64,000 nt of DNA from Candidatus Omnitrophota bacterium. GTDB lineage: Bacteria; Omnitrophota; Gorgyraeia; Zapsychrales; Fredricksoniimonadaceae. The notes under the pieces were generated by a model. That model did no database searches. It had not been told where the DNA came from and saw nothing but the letters and a program-made list of their open reading frames with translations. The first letter of the stretch is position 1. Each line of letters begins with the position of its first letter. The stretch spans positions 15,095 through 79,094 of the forward strand of contig JACQCF010000010.1 in assembly GCA_016201795.1 (NCBI GenBank), given 5' to 3'. Positions 1 through 9,571 of this stretch are shown piece by piece. Both the position numbers and the translations under genes were made by a program.

Positions 1-866
1 TCTTTGAGTTGTGGATACTGGATTCTGTTTTCATCAATGAAATGGTAGTCGTAGCGGCCGACATCGCACATCCAATAATCATTCACATCAGGATTAAGCC
101 TGGGCTTAAGACGCATGACGCGCGCCTTCTTGTGTTGGTGCGGCCGCGTTTTATCCCACTCGACGGTAATATTGCACCCCATGCTGCAGCCGGGACAGAT
201 GGAGTTCGTTTTATCGAGATACCACACGCGGCACTTGAAACGGAAATCTTTATCGGTGAGCGCCCCTACAGGACAAATATCGACGACATTTCCGGAATAT
301 TTATTATCCAGCTGTTTGCCCGGATAAACATCCAACTGCGAATGATCGCCCCGGTCAAAAACACCGAATTCGCTGGTTTTGGTGATGTTGTCCGCAAAAC
401 GGACACAACGCGTGCAGAGGATGCAGCGTTCTTGATCAAGCATGACCGTCGGCCCAATCGAAAAGGCCTTTTTTTCCTTTTTGACTTTCACATCCGCCAG
501 ACGGCTATCGTACTGGCCATGCTCCATGTAATAATCTTGAAGTTTACATTCTCCCGCCTGGTCACACACCGGACAATCTACCGGATGATTAACCAGCAGA
601 AATTCCAATACGGTTTTACGGGCTTCCAGCACTTTAGGAGAAGTTGTCTTGACGACCATCCCCTCGGCTACCGGCGTATAACAAGCAATCTGCAGCTTGG
701 CTTGTTTTTCAACTTCCACCATGCAAATACGGCAGTTTCCCGCCACAGGCAATGCCGGATGATAGCAATACCGGGGAATGTCGATTCCCAATTTGTCGGC
801 GGCCTGAATAATCGTTGTCCCTGCCGGGACTTCTATCTTTTTCCCATCAATGGTTAGATTTGGCAT
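1..866 (-). CDS. nuoG: NADH-quinone oxidoreductase subunit G (3' end outside window)
   Basis: Manual minus-strand translation from ATG at 866: MPNLTIDGKKIEVPAGTTIIQAADKLGIDIPRYCYHPALPVAGNCRICMVEV (2Fe-2S motif); directly follows nuoF. Confidence 0.92.
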   Translation of the reverse strand, partial: MPNLTIDGKKIEVPAGTTIIQAADKLGIDIPRYCYHPALPVAGNCRICMVEVEKQAKLQIACYTPVAEGMVVKTTSPKVLEARKTVLEFLLVNHPVDCPVCDQAGECKLQDYYMEHGQYDSRLADVKVKKEKKAFSIGPTVMLDQERCILCTRCVRFADNITKTSEFGVFDRGDHSQLDVYPGKQLDNKYSGNVVDICPVGALTDKDFRFKCRVWYLDKTNSICPGCSMGCNITVEWDKTRPHQHKKARVMRLKPRLNPDVNDYWMCDVGRYDYHFIDENRIQYPQLK

Positions 867-2113
867 ACTCTCTCTTTAATCTTATTTTCAAACTCACTGC
901 GAAATTTGGAAACATAACTGCCCACCGACATCGTCACCGCATCGCCAAACGCGCAAATCGTATTGCCGCCGATATTACTCACAATGCCGGGCAAATTTGC
1001 CAAATCATGCGGCCGCCCTATCTCGTGATAAATCCTTTTAAGATTGTTGTAAACCCATCCGCTGCCTTCACGGCAGGGAGAACACTGGCCGCAAGATTCA
1101 TGCGCAAAAAATCTTGCTGCAATCATCGCAGCCCAAACCATGTCGGTGGTATCATCCATGACAATGATCCCGCCGGAGCCTGCCATCGAACCGATGCTTT
1201 TAAGGGAATCAAAATCCATTTTCACATCAATCTCATCTGCCGTTAAAACCGGCGCTGAGATGCCTCCTGGTATGACGGCTTTAAGCTTGCGCCCATGAGG
1301 GATTCCGCCGGCATGTTCATAAATGATTTCGCGCAGCGTGATACCTGCTGGAAGTTCATAAATCCCCGGCTTGTTCACGTGCCCGCTGACGCAAAAAATC
1401 CGATTCCCCCCTTGATTCGCATATCCCAATTTGAAAAACCACTCGCTCCCGTTTAAAATAATAGGCGCCACGCAGGCCAAAGTTTCGACATTGTTGATGA
1501 CAGTTGGACAGCCAAATAACCCTACCACCGCCGGAAATGGAGGTTTAAGGCGCGGAAATCCTTTTTTACCCTCGAGAGATTCCAGGAGCGCTGTTTCTTC
1601 CCCGCAAATATAAGCCCCTGCTCCGGGGTGAATGACGACATCACAATCGCAGGACGTCCCCATAATACCTTTGCCCAAAAACTCGTTTTTGTACGCCTCA
1701 TCGATGGCGCCCTGCAATATCTGTATGGATTTTAAGTATTCACCACGGATGTACACATAGGCCTTGTGACTGCCGATAGCATAACAGGTAATGATAATCC
1801 CTTCGAGCAGCGCATGAGGATCTTGTTCAAAAATATATTTATCTTTGAATGTCCCCGGCTCTCCTTCATCCCCATTCACGACAAGGTATTTAGGCTTTGG
1901 ATTGTTCTTCGGGATAAAACCCCACTTCATTCCTGTTGCAAATCCCGCTCCACCCAATCCGCGCAAATAAGACTTTTTGATCTCTTCAATGATCTGAGCG
2001 GGCGTCATTTGCGTCAATGCCTTGCGCGCGGCCTCATAACCTTTATCTTTTAGATAATTTTCGAGGCGGTGAGAATTTTCTTGGCCAAAATGCCGGGTGA
2101 TAATCTTTTCCAT
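854..2113 (-). CDS. nuoF: NADH-quinone oxidoreductase subunit F
   Basis: GLGGAGF, NGDEGEPGTFKD, GAYICGEETALLESLEG and CGQCSPCREG motifs. Confidence 0.97.
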   Translation of the reverse strand: MEKIITRHFGQENSHRLENYLKDKGYEAARKALTQMTPAQIIEEIKKSYLRGLGGAGFATGMKWGFIPKNNPKPKYLVVNGDEGEPGTFKDKYIFEQDPHALLEGIIITCYAIGSHKAYVYIRGEYLKSIQILQGAIDEAYKNEFLGKGIMGTSCDCDVVIHPGAGAYICGEETALLESLEGKKGFPRLKPPFPAVVGLFGCPTVINNVETLACVAPIILNGSEWFFKLGYANQGGNRIFCVSGHVNKPGIYELPAGITLREIIYEHAGGIPHGRKLKAVIPGGISAPVLTADEIDVKMDFDSLKSIGSMAGSGGIIVMDDTTDMVWAAMIAARFFAHESCGQCSPCREGSGWVYNNLKRIYHEIGRPHDLANLPGIVSNIGGNTICAFGDAVTMSVGSYVSKFRSEFENKIKERVCQI

Positions 2114-2117
2114 AAAA

Positions 2118-2606
2118 TTATTTAGTCTTCTCGATTAATTCGTTGATTTTCTCTTTGGTCAAACAACCGACATAATCTTTATTTTGTTGCATAACGGGGG
2201 CAATCTCACAAGCGCCCAGGCACTCGACCACGCTCAAACTGAATTTCCCATCAGTGGTTGTTTCACCGGGCTTAATACCCAGTCTTTTTTGAATGTGTTC
2301 AATGACGTCCTCTCCCCCGAGCAAGGCGCACGTGGTTGTCTGACAAACCGAAAAGTGACATTGGCCTTTCTTGGTCTGATGAAAGAGGTGGTAAAACGAA
2401 ACCACTTCATGGACATGCACGACAGGAATACCCAAATACTGAGCGATATTTTTTTCAGACTCCGGCGAGATCAGGTCTTCTTTTTCCTGAACTAAATGCA
2501 GCACAGGTAAAAGGGCAGCCCGTTTTTGCTCATACTTGGCTGTGATCTTATCAAGCTGTTGTAAAAAATCCGGATTAAAAATATGATCCTCCGATTTTAG
2601 TGTCAT
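2118..2606 (-). CDS. nuoE: NADH-quinone oxidoreductase subunit E
   Basis: CQTTTC...CLGAC 2Fe-2S ligands; operon position. Confidence 0.95.
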   Translation of the reverse strand: MTLKSEDHIFNPDFLQQLDKITAKYEQKRAALLPVLHLVQEKEDLISPESEKNIAQYLGIPVVHVHEVVSFYHLFHQTKKGQCHFSVCQTTTCALLGGEDVIEHIQKRLGIKPGETTTDGKFSLSVVECLGACEIAPVMQQNKDYVGCLTKEKINELIEKTK

Positions 2607-2693
2607 TGCGAGCGTCGCTTTTCGTTTTTAGCGAAGCAATCTCTTAAAAGATCGCCACGTCGTCATTGAAAAGAACTCCTCCTCGCGATGACA
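2601..2693. repeat. Palindromic REP-like element, GTCATTGCGA family (copies also at 40455-40532, 60921-60967, 63348-63442)
   Basis: TGTCATTGCGAG...GAAGCAATC...GATxGC...CTCGCrATGACA with terminal inverted repeats. Confidence 0.85.
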
Positions 2694-2701
2694 CATACTT
2701 A

Positions 2702-4027
2702 CTACCTATCCAATTCCCCTGCAATCATATTCACTGAACCAAACGTAGGGACAAGATCAGCCATCATACTACCGACTAAACATTTAGGTAATGCTGCCAT
2801 GATCGGGAAACACGGCGGATGAACACGCACCCGCCAGGGCTGGTCTCGGCCGTCGCTGACAATGTAAAATCCAAGCTCTCCGTTTGCCCCTTCGACGGGG
2901 AAATAGGCCTCTCCCACCACAGGACGGATCCCATGGCCGTACATGACTAATTTAAAATGGTTCATCAATCCTTCAATATTACTATATGTTTCTTCCTTGG
3001 GAGGCAGCGCTACATCCCTTCTATCCGTGTTAATCGATTTAGAATATTTTTTTGTACTGCCTTGTAAGGTCGGGTCCAAATCAACCTCATCCTCAATTAA
3101 TCCATCGGTTTGTCCCATTTTGGCGCGATCGACCATTTGGGCGGCAGGGATCAAACAACCTGTTAACTCACCGGCAATGGCGCCATCGGGAATTTGCTGG
3201 AAGCATTGCTCAATCATCCTTAAGGATTGTTCCATCTCTGCCATGCGGACAAAATAACGGTCAAGGTTGTCCCCTTTGGTTCCCACCGGAACTTCAAAAT
3301 CCAGGCGATCATAGATCAGATAGGGATTGGCTTTACGCACATCATACGCAACACCGCTACCTCTTAAAAATGGACCGGTAATGCCATGCGCAATCGCATC
3401 TTCCTTGGAAATAATACCGGTGTCTTTCATGCGGTCAAAGAAAATCCGGTTGCGGGTCAACAGTTCGTCTGCTTCGATAAGAACTTTGCGGACGTCCGCA
3501 ATTTTCTGGAAGCACTTGTCGGTAAAACCCGCAGTTAAATCAGCTTTGACCCCGCCGATACGCACATAAGAAATGGTTAAGCGGGCACCGGTAATTTCTT
3601 CGACGAGCTCATATAAATATTCCCGAGCCTTGATCATATACAAAAATACGGACATCGCCCCTAATTCCATGGCGGTCGCACCAATGCAGGTCAAATGGTC
3701 ACTGACGCGCGAAATTTCACTCATGATGACACGGATATACTTGGCGCGTTCGGGAATATCAATGCCGAGCAATTTTTCCACCGTCAGCGCAAAACCGACG
3801 TTATTAATGAGCGGCGAAACATAATTCAGCCGGTCCGTGTACGGAAAGCATTGCGTGTACATGACCGTCTCACACATTTTCTCAAAGGCCCGATGGAGAT
3901 ACCCGATTTCAACATCAACGCCTTTGATCTTTTCGCCGTCTAATTCCATAATCAGGCGGATGACCCCGTGCATGGCCGGGTGCGAAGGCCCGACATTTAA
4001 TAACATGGAACGTGTTTGAGTCGACAT
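2702..4027 (-). CDS. nuoD: NADH-quinone oxidoreductase subunit D
   Basis: NVGPSHPAMHGVIRL, GYLHRAFEK, DRLNY, C-terminal GELDR. Confidence 0.97.
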   Translation of the reverse strand: MSTQTRSMLLNVGPSHPAMHGVIRLIMELDGEKIKGVDVEIGYLHRAFEKMCETVMYTQCFPYTDRLNYVSPLINNVGFALTVEKLLGIDIPERAKYIRVIMSEISRVSDHLTCIGATAMELGAMSVFLYMIKAREYLYELVEEITGARLTISYVRIGGVKADLTAGFTDKCFQKIADVRKVLIEADELLTRNRIFFDRMKDTGIISKEDAIAHGITGPFLRGSGVAYDVRKANPYLIYDRLDFEVPVGTKGDNLDRYFVRMAEMEQSLRMIEQCFQQIPDGAIAGELTGCLIPAAQMVDRAKMGQTDGLIEDEVDLDPTLQGSTKKYSKSINTDRRDVALPPKEETYSNIEGLMNHFKLVMYGHGIRPVVGEAYFPVEGANGELGFYIVSDGRDQPWRVRVHPPCFPIMAALPKCLVGSMMADLVPTFGSVNMIAGELDR

Positions 4028-4036
4028 GATTTCACC

Positions 4037-4531
4037 TTAATACTTGGGTCCAATCAGCGGTTGGCGCTTATTGAACGGATAATCCTTGCGTAACGCATGC
4101 CCTTGGAACTGTTCATACATCAAAATCCGTTTTAGGTTGGGATGGCCTTTAAATCGAATGCCAAACATGTCCCAAACTTCCCTTTCGTACCAGTCGGCGG
4201 AGGCCCACAGATCCGTGAGCGTATCCACCTCGGGGCTTTTCTCATCCACAGGAACCTTGATGCGAAGCCTATGGTTATGTTTAAGGGAATAAAAATGATA
4301 AACGACTTCAAAGCGGAATTCTTTTTGGATTCTTCCACCAGCAAAAAATAAATAATCAACCGCCGTTAGGTCCATAAGGAAATTAAAATCCAATTCCGCG
4401 GTTTCTTTTAAAAATTTGGCAATAACCTTTAAAGCACTGGGATGGATCATGAGAGTTTCATCTCCCCTAAAGGTATGGGTCTCTATGACCTCTTTTGAAA
4501 ATTGTTCCTGAACTCTTTGTAAGGGTGTCAT
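4037..4531 (-). CDS. nuoC: NADH-quinone oxidoreductase subunit C
   Basis: EREVWDMFGIRFKGHPNLKRILM...GHALRKDYP. Confidence 0.96.
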   Translation of the reverse strand: MTPLQRVQEQFSKEVIETHTFRGDETLMIHPSALKVIAKFLKETAELDFNFLMDLTAVDYLFFAGGRIQKEFRFEVVYHFYSLKHNHRLRIKVPVDEKSPEVDTLTDLWASADWYEREVWDMFGIRFKGHPNLKRILMYEQFQGHALRKDYPFNKRQPLIGPKY

Positions 4532-5088
4532 GACGAAGATTCTTTAATATGCTGTGAAACGGAATAACCTTGCTGTAAGTGGGCAGGTCGGCCTATTTTT
4601 GTCCGCGGGTCATAAAGCGTTCTGGACTGCTCTCCCTTTTGGATTTTCTCCTGGAGCTTCATAAGGCCATCGATGACGTTTTCAGGACGAGGAGGACAAC
4701 CCGGAATATAAATATCAACGGGAATAATGGTATCAATGCCCATCACGGTCGCATAATTGTCGTAGAACCCCCCGGTACAGGTACAGACCCCGAAGGCCAC
4801 CACCCATTTCGGTTCACACATTTGATCATAAACGGTTTTTAAGACAGGGGCCATTTTGTGACTGATGGTCCCGACGACAAAAAGGACATCCGATTGCCGG
4901 GGTGAAAAACGGGGGAAACCTGCCCCGAAACGGTCAACGTCATAATGACCGGCAGCGGTAGACATATACTCCATGCCGCAACAGGCCGTAACGAACGGGT
5001 ACTGGAAAATGGAATATTTGCGGGCCCAGCCCAAGGCGTCACTCATTTTTGAAGTAAAAAAATTAGAGGCAGAACTCATGAACGACAT
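4528..5088 (-). CDS. nuoB: NADH-quinone oxidoreductase subunit B
   Basis: ACCGME, SPRQSD, IPGCPPRPE. Confidence 0.96.
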   Translation of the reverse strand: MSFMSSASNFFTSKMSDALGWARKYSIFQYPFVTACCGMEYMSTAAGHYDVDRFGAGFPRFSPRQSDVLFVVGTISHKMAPVLKTVYDQMCEPKWVVAFGVCTCTGGFYDNYATVMGIDTIIPVDIYIPGCPPRPENVIDGLMKLQEKIQKGEQSRTLYDPRTKIGRPAHLQQGYSVSQHIKESSS

Positions 5089-5094
5089 ATCGGA

Positions 5095-5448
5095 TTACTC
5101 CCACTCTAATGCCCGTTTTTTCCAAACATAACAGAATCCTAAGACCACAAAACCCATAAAAACAGCCATCTCTATTAACCCAAAAACACCCAATTTCCTA
5201 AACAGGACGGCCCAGGGAAAAAGAAATACCAACTCGACGTCAAATACGATAAAAAGCATGGCCACAATGTAGAAATGCACCGGCATTGGCCCGCCGGGCA
5301 AAGCAAAGGGCTCCTTGCCGCATTCAAAAGGCTTTGATTTCGCCTCACTGGGAACTTTAGGACTAAGGACCTTGGGTAAGCTCAGCAATAAAATCGCAAG
5401 AGCCAATGCGAATATAAAAGCAAATATGATTGCCATGTACTCTAACAT
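5095..5448 (-). CDS. nuoA: NADH-quinone oxidoreductase subunit A
   Basis: PFECG, FIVFDVELVFLFPWA, C-terminal ALEWE. Confidence 0.95.
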   Translation of the reverse strand: MLEYMAIIFAFIFALALAILLLSLPKVLSPKVPSEAKSKPFECGKEPFALPGGPMPVHFYIVAMLFIVFDVELVFLFPWAVLFRKLGVFGLIEMAVFMGFVVLGFCYVWKKRALEWE

Positions 5449-5556
5449 TTTAAGATATCCTAGCGTCTTTTTTGTGAGCTGTCAATATTCCCCCTGGATC
5501 AAAACCTGGTGCAGAGGAATTTTAGGTATGAATGCAAGTATTTAAAATTAATCAAT

Positions 5557-6654
5557 TTATAGATTCTCTAAAATCGTGTCCACGTTGACGTAATCTTTGA
5601 CTAACCGGTGCGCCTCGCGAATTTTATCTTTGTCAGTTTTTTGGATTTTGCAGGTTAAATTTTCAATGGCCGCGGCAATCGTATAAGTATCGGCTTCCGA
5701 ATAAAGCACCGGAATGTGGCTGTCCTTTAAAAGCCCCGCAATTTTAGGGTCCGGCAACAGTCCGCCGGTGAGAATCAGCGCTGAAACCTTAACGCTTCGG
5801 CCTTGCTGCAAAAGGTAAGAAGAAACCGCCACGAGAATGTTGTCCACCCGATCCCCCGAGGTAATCACCATGGCTCCATCGCGCAGGTGGCCGATCATAT
5901 TGTAGGGTTCCATGGCTGCCACAATAGCATAGTGCACACGCCTTTGTAAATTTTCCCCGCCGGAGAACACTTTTAAATCCAGCCTCTCGCGGATTTGCTC
6001 GACGGTCGGTGCGCTTAAAAACTCGACTTCCGGAATAGCGCCCAGAAGCCTGATCCCTTTTTTCTCCAGGCCTTTACCGACGATATTTTTAATTTTCTCG
6101 ATCTTATCAGGAATAATCTTATTCACAATCACTCCCAGAACCTCGACGCTGCACAAATCAAACAGGGCTTTATTGAGCATAATCTCATCAATGGAGCGGC
6201 CGATGCCTCCCTGCGAAACAATAATCACCTTGGAATGCAATAGAGAAGCCACGTCCGCATTCGAACAGTCGATGACCGAACCCACCCCCGCGTGGCCGGT
6301 GCCTTCGACGATAATCGCGTCCTTGCCCTTGATAAGATTTTTGAAAGAATTAAGAATTTGCTGCTGCAAAAACTCTTTTTGGGGGTCGAGGATATAACGT
6401 TCCGTGTAGCCGCGGCCGACGGTCACCGGGCTCATATCATTGATGCGTTTACGGCAGTGATACACTTCACCAATGAGATAAGAATCCTTGTCAATGGGCT
6501 TTTCTCCGAACTTGACCGTTTCCTGCCCGACGGGTTTCATGAAAGCCGTTCTGATTTTGCGCTCCTGAAAATTCTTAAATAGCCCCAACGCAATGGTGGT
6601 CTTGCCCGCGTTTTGATGGATGGCGGAGATAAAAATATTTTTTATTTTTTTCAT
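5557..6654 (-). CDS. BioD-like P-loop plus DRTGG domain protein (resembles the N-terminal half of phosphotransacetylase; no catalytic Pta domain)
   Basis: NAGKTT, MKPVG, VEGTGH, SGDR and LTGG motifs. Confidence 0.8.
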   Translation of the reverse strand: MKKIKNIFISAIHQNAGKTTIALGLFKNFQERKIRTAFMKPVGQETVKFGEKPIDKDSYLIGEVYHCRKRINDMSPVTVGRGYTERYILDPQKEFLQQQILNSFKNLIKGKDAIIVEGTGHAGVGSVIDCSNADVASLLHSKVIIVSQGGIGRSIDEIMLNKALFDLCSVEVLGVIVNKIIPDKIEKIKNIVGKGLEKKGIRLLGAIPEVEFLSAPTVEQIRERLDLKVFSGGENLQRRVHYAIVAAMEPYNMIGHLRDGAMVITSGDRVDNILVAVSSYLLQQGRSVKVSALILTGGLLPDPKIAGLLKDSHIPVLYSEADTYTIAAAIENLTCKIQKTDKDKIREAHRLVKDYVNVDTILENL

Positions 6655-7541
6655 AAAAGCCTTTTGGCCATGGCTTGAGGAATTTCGTCGGGAAAATCGA
6701 TGACATCCACGCCAGCGTCTTTGAGTATCTGCATTTTGGCCTGCGCCGTGGAATCCCCCGAAGAGATAATCGCCCCAGCATGGCCCATGCGTTTGCCGGC
6801 AGGCGCGGTGCGTCCGGCAATAAAAGCCGCCACCGGTTTTTTGACATAACTTTTAATAAAATCCGCGGCCATTTGCTCGTCCCCGCCGCCGATTTCCCCC
6901 ACCATGACAATAGCTTTGGTGTCAGGGTCGTCCTGAAACATTTTTAACACATCGACGAAACGCGTGCCAATAATCGGGTCTCCGCCTAATCCCACACAGG
7001 AACTCTGACCTATGTGGTGGATGGTCAAATTATAAACAACTTCATAGGTCAATGTCCCCGAACGGGAGACCACGCCGATGTTACCAGGTTTATGAATATG
7101 GCCGGGCATGATGCCGATTTTGCATTTACCCGGCGAGATAAGGCCCGGGCAATTGGGGCCGATCAGACGCGACTGGCTGGACCCGCCAACGGCGGGTCTG
7201 GCATCAAGCGCTTTTTTAACCTCCACCATATCCAACACCGGAATGCCCTCGGTGATGCAAACAATCAGCTCAATGCCGTTTTGAATATCCTCGAGGATAG
7301 CGTCCTTGGCGAACTTGGCCGGTACATAAATGACCGCGGCGTTGCAACGGGTGGCGGCCCTGGCTTCTTTAACGCTGTTAAAAACCGGTACACCCTCAAG
7401 TTGCTGACCGCCTTTGCCGGGGGTCACCCCGCCGACCACTTTGGTGCCGTATTCGAGCATTTGTTTGGTGTGAAAAGAGCCGTCGCGGCCGGTGATGCCC
7501 TGGACAATAACGCGTGTGTTTTGGTCGATTAAAATACTCAT
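6651..7541 (-). CDS. sucD: Succinyl-CoA synthetase alpha subunit
   Basis: [29 protein letters not shown] phospho-His motif. Confidence 0.96.
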   Translation of the reverse strand: MSILIDQNTRVIVQGITGRDGSFHTKQMLEYGTKVVGGVTPGKGGQQLEGVPVFNSVKEARAATRCNAAVIYVPAKFAKDAILEDIQNGIELIVCITEGIPVLDMVEVKKALDARPAVGGSSQSRLIGPNCPGLISPGKCKIGIMPGHIHKPGNIGVVSRSGTLTYEVVYNLTIHHIGQSSCVGLGGDPIIGTRFVDVLKMFQDDPDTKAIVMVGEIGGGDEQMAADFIKSYVKKPVAAFIAGRTAPAGKRMGHAGAIISSGDSTAQAKMQILKDAGVDVIDFPDEIPQAMAKRLL

Positions 7542-7547
7542 AAAGTT

Positions 7548-8681
7548 TTATTTATTCGCTAACTTCACCGCTTCCACCACCGCCTGGCGCATCGACGAGA
7601 ACGTCGTCAATCCGGCCTTGTTTAACATCTCTTTAGCCACTGCTTCATTGGTACCGGTCAAACGAATGACCAGAGGCACCGTCATCTTGATCTGTGCAAG
7701 CGCGGTTAAGATGCCGCTGGCGATATCATCACAGCGGGTGATGCCGCCGAATATGTTAATTAAAACAACTTTAATAGATGGATTGCGCAAAATAATCTTA
7801 AGGGCATTGAGAACCTTCTCGGGATTAGAACTGCCGCCAACGTCCAAAAAATTGGCCGGCGTCCCGCCCATGAGATTGACCGCATCCATGGTGCCCATGG
7901 CCAACCCCGCGCCGTTGACGATACAGCCCACATTGCCCTCTAGCTTAACGAAACTTAATCCCTTGTCTTTGGCTTCCAGCTCATCGGGGTCATCGTATTT
8001 TAAATCGCGCCGTTGACTAAGTTCCGGCTGACGAAAAAGTCCGTTATCGTCGATAATGACCTTGACATCCGCGGCCATCAGATTGCCCTCGCCGTTGACG
8101 ACAAAAGGGTTGATTTCCGCCAGCGTACAGTCTTTTTCGAAAAATAATTTTACCAACTTGCCTATCATAACGGTGGCGCTCATTTGCAGGCGTGTGTCCG
8201 CAAAAAGCTGGGCCGCCACCAGAGCCCAGCGGCGTTCATCCAGGATTTTTTCCCCGTGCATATAAAATTTGAGAATTTTTTCGGGATTGGTTTTGGCGGT
8301 TTCTTCGATGTCCACACCGCCTTCGCCGGAGGCAATAATGACCACATCGCCTTTGATATTGTCGACGGTCAGAGCCACATAGTATTCTTTGCGAATGTCA
8401 ATGGCGCGCGCCACCAAGAGACGCTCAACGGTATAACCCCCCATGGTCAGATTCTTGATGCGGTTAAATTGGTTGACTAAATCTGCTTCATCGGCAACCA
8501 CTTTTACCCCGCCGGCTTTGCCGCGTCCGCCGACCAGCACCTGTGCCTTAAGAACAACGGGAAACCCTAATTTCTTGGCTAAGCTTAAAGCTTCTTGAGG
8601 GCTTTGGGCCACGCCGCCTTCGGCAATGGGAATTCCATACTGGGCCAATAAATCTCTGGCTTGATATTCATGGATTTTCAT
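7548..8681 (-). CDS. sucC: Succinyl-CoA synthetase beta subunit
   Basis: MKIHEYQA start, GGRGKAGGV, NGAGLAM, NIFGGITRCD. Confidence 0.96.
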   Translation of the reverse strand: MKIHEYQARDLLAQYGIPIAEGGVAQSPQEALSLAKKLGFPVVLKAQVLVGGRGKAGGVKVVADEADLVNQFNRIKNLTMGGYTVERLLVARAIDIRKEYYVALTVDNIKGDVVIIASGEGGVDIEETAKTNPEKILKFYMHGEKILDERRWALVAAQLFADTRLQMSATVMIGKLVKLFFEKDCTLAEINPFVVNGEGNLMAADVKVIIDDNGLFRQPELSQRRDLKYDDPDELEAKDKGLSFVKLEGNVGCIVNGAGLAMGTMDAVNLMGGTPANFLDVGGSSNPEKVLNALKIILRNPSIKVVLINIFGGITRCDDIASGILTALAQIKMTVPLVIRLTGTNEAVAKEMLNKAGLTTFSSMRQAVVEAVKLANK

Positions 8682-8757
8682 AAATGAACACATAACTTAC
8701 GGAGCATCAGCGACGTAAGCTATAAGTGTGAATTTATCCTGAGCGAAGCGAAGGATT
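8679..8757 (+). repeat. Orphan copy of the 79-nt double-hairpin element found beside the GIY-YIG gene
   Basis: Gap-free alignment to the reverse complement of 16504-16582 with compensatory stem changes. Confidence 0.85.
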
Positions 8758-8848
8758 TCCTTAAATAAAACAACTTAGAAAGTTTAGCATAAAAATCTTC
8801 AAATGCGATAAAAAATGACTCAAAACGGTCTCGTCCGCCTCGAAGTAT

Positions 8849-9562
8849 TTAATTAAAAATCTCTTTAAAGAACTTCTGCATGTCCTGCCAGGACTGCTCA
8901 TCAGCGGCTTTGTTATACAAAGCCCCCTGCAGCTGGCCAGTCTGGGTGGGATTGGTAAAGCCGTGTACGGCCCCGGGGTATTGGATGAGCTGATAATTGA
9001 CGCGAGCGTTTTTCATTTCAGTTTCAAAAGCCGTCACTTCCGAAGGCGGCACAAACGGGTCATTGGCCCCGTGCAAAATCAACAGACGGGCCTTGATATT
9101 TTTAGCATCCTGCGGGGCGGGCGTGCCCAGGCCCCCGTGAAAACTGACCACCCCTTTGACATTCGCGCCCGCGCGCGCCAATTCCAAAACCGTGGTACCG
9201 CCAAAACAATAACCCATCGCCGCTACCTTAGTGGCGTCGACGTTGGGTTGAGATTCAAGCGCGGCCAGACCCGCCAAGGCACGCTGGCGCAACAGTGGAC
9301 GATGGTTGCTATATTTGTTCATCTCAGCCGCGGCTTGTTCTACCGTTTGTGGGCGCACACCTTTGCCGTAAACATCCGCGGCCAACGCCACGTAACCTAA
9401 CTTGGCTACCATATCCGTACGCATTCGGATGTAATCATTAAGGCCTTTCCATTCATGAGCAATCAGCACCCCCGGGCGTTTGCCGGTCAAGGTCTCGTCG
9501 TAGGCTAAATATCCCTCGAGGATGGTACTGTCCTGTTTGTATTCAACGGTTTGGGTTTTCAT
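8849..9562 (-). CDS. Dienelactone hydrolase family protein
   Basis: HEWKG, GYCFGG nucleophile motif, HGF. Confidence 0.92.
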   Translation of the reverse strand: MKTQTVEYKQDSTILEGYLAYDETLTGKRPGVLIAHEWKGLNDYIRMRTDMVAKLGYVALAADVYGKGVRPQTVEQAAAEMNKYSNHRPLLRQRALAGLAALESQPNVDATKVAAMGYCFGGTTVLELARAGANVKGVVSFHGGLGTPAPQDAKNIKARLLILHGANDPFVPPSEVTAFETEMKNARVNYQLIQYPGAVHGFTNPTQTGQLQGALYNKAADEQSWQDMQKFFKEIFN

Positions 9563-9571
9563 AACAAGTCC

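Noticed and set aside
9-857. 282-aa plus-strand ORF
   Set aside because: Antisense shadow of nuoG, which has clear Fe-S motifs on the minus strand.
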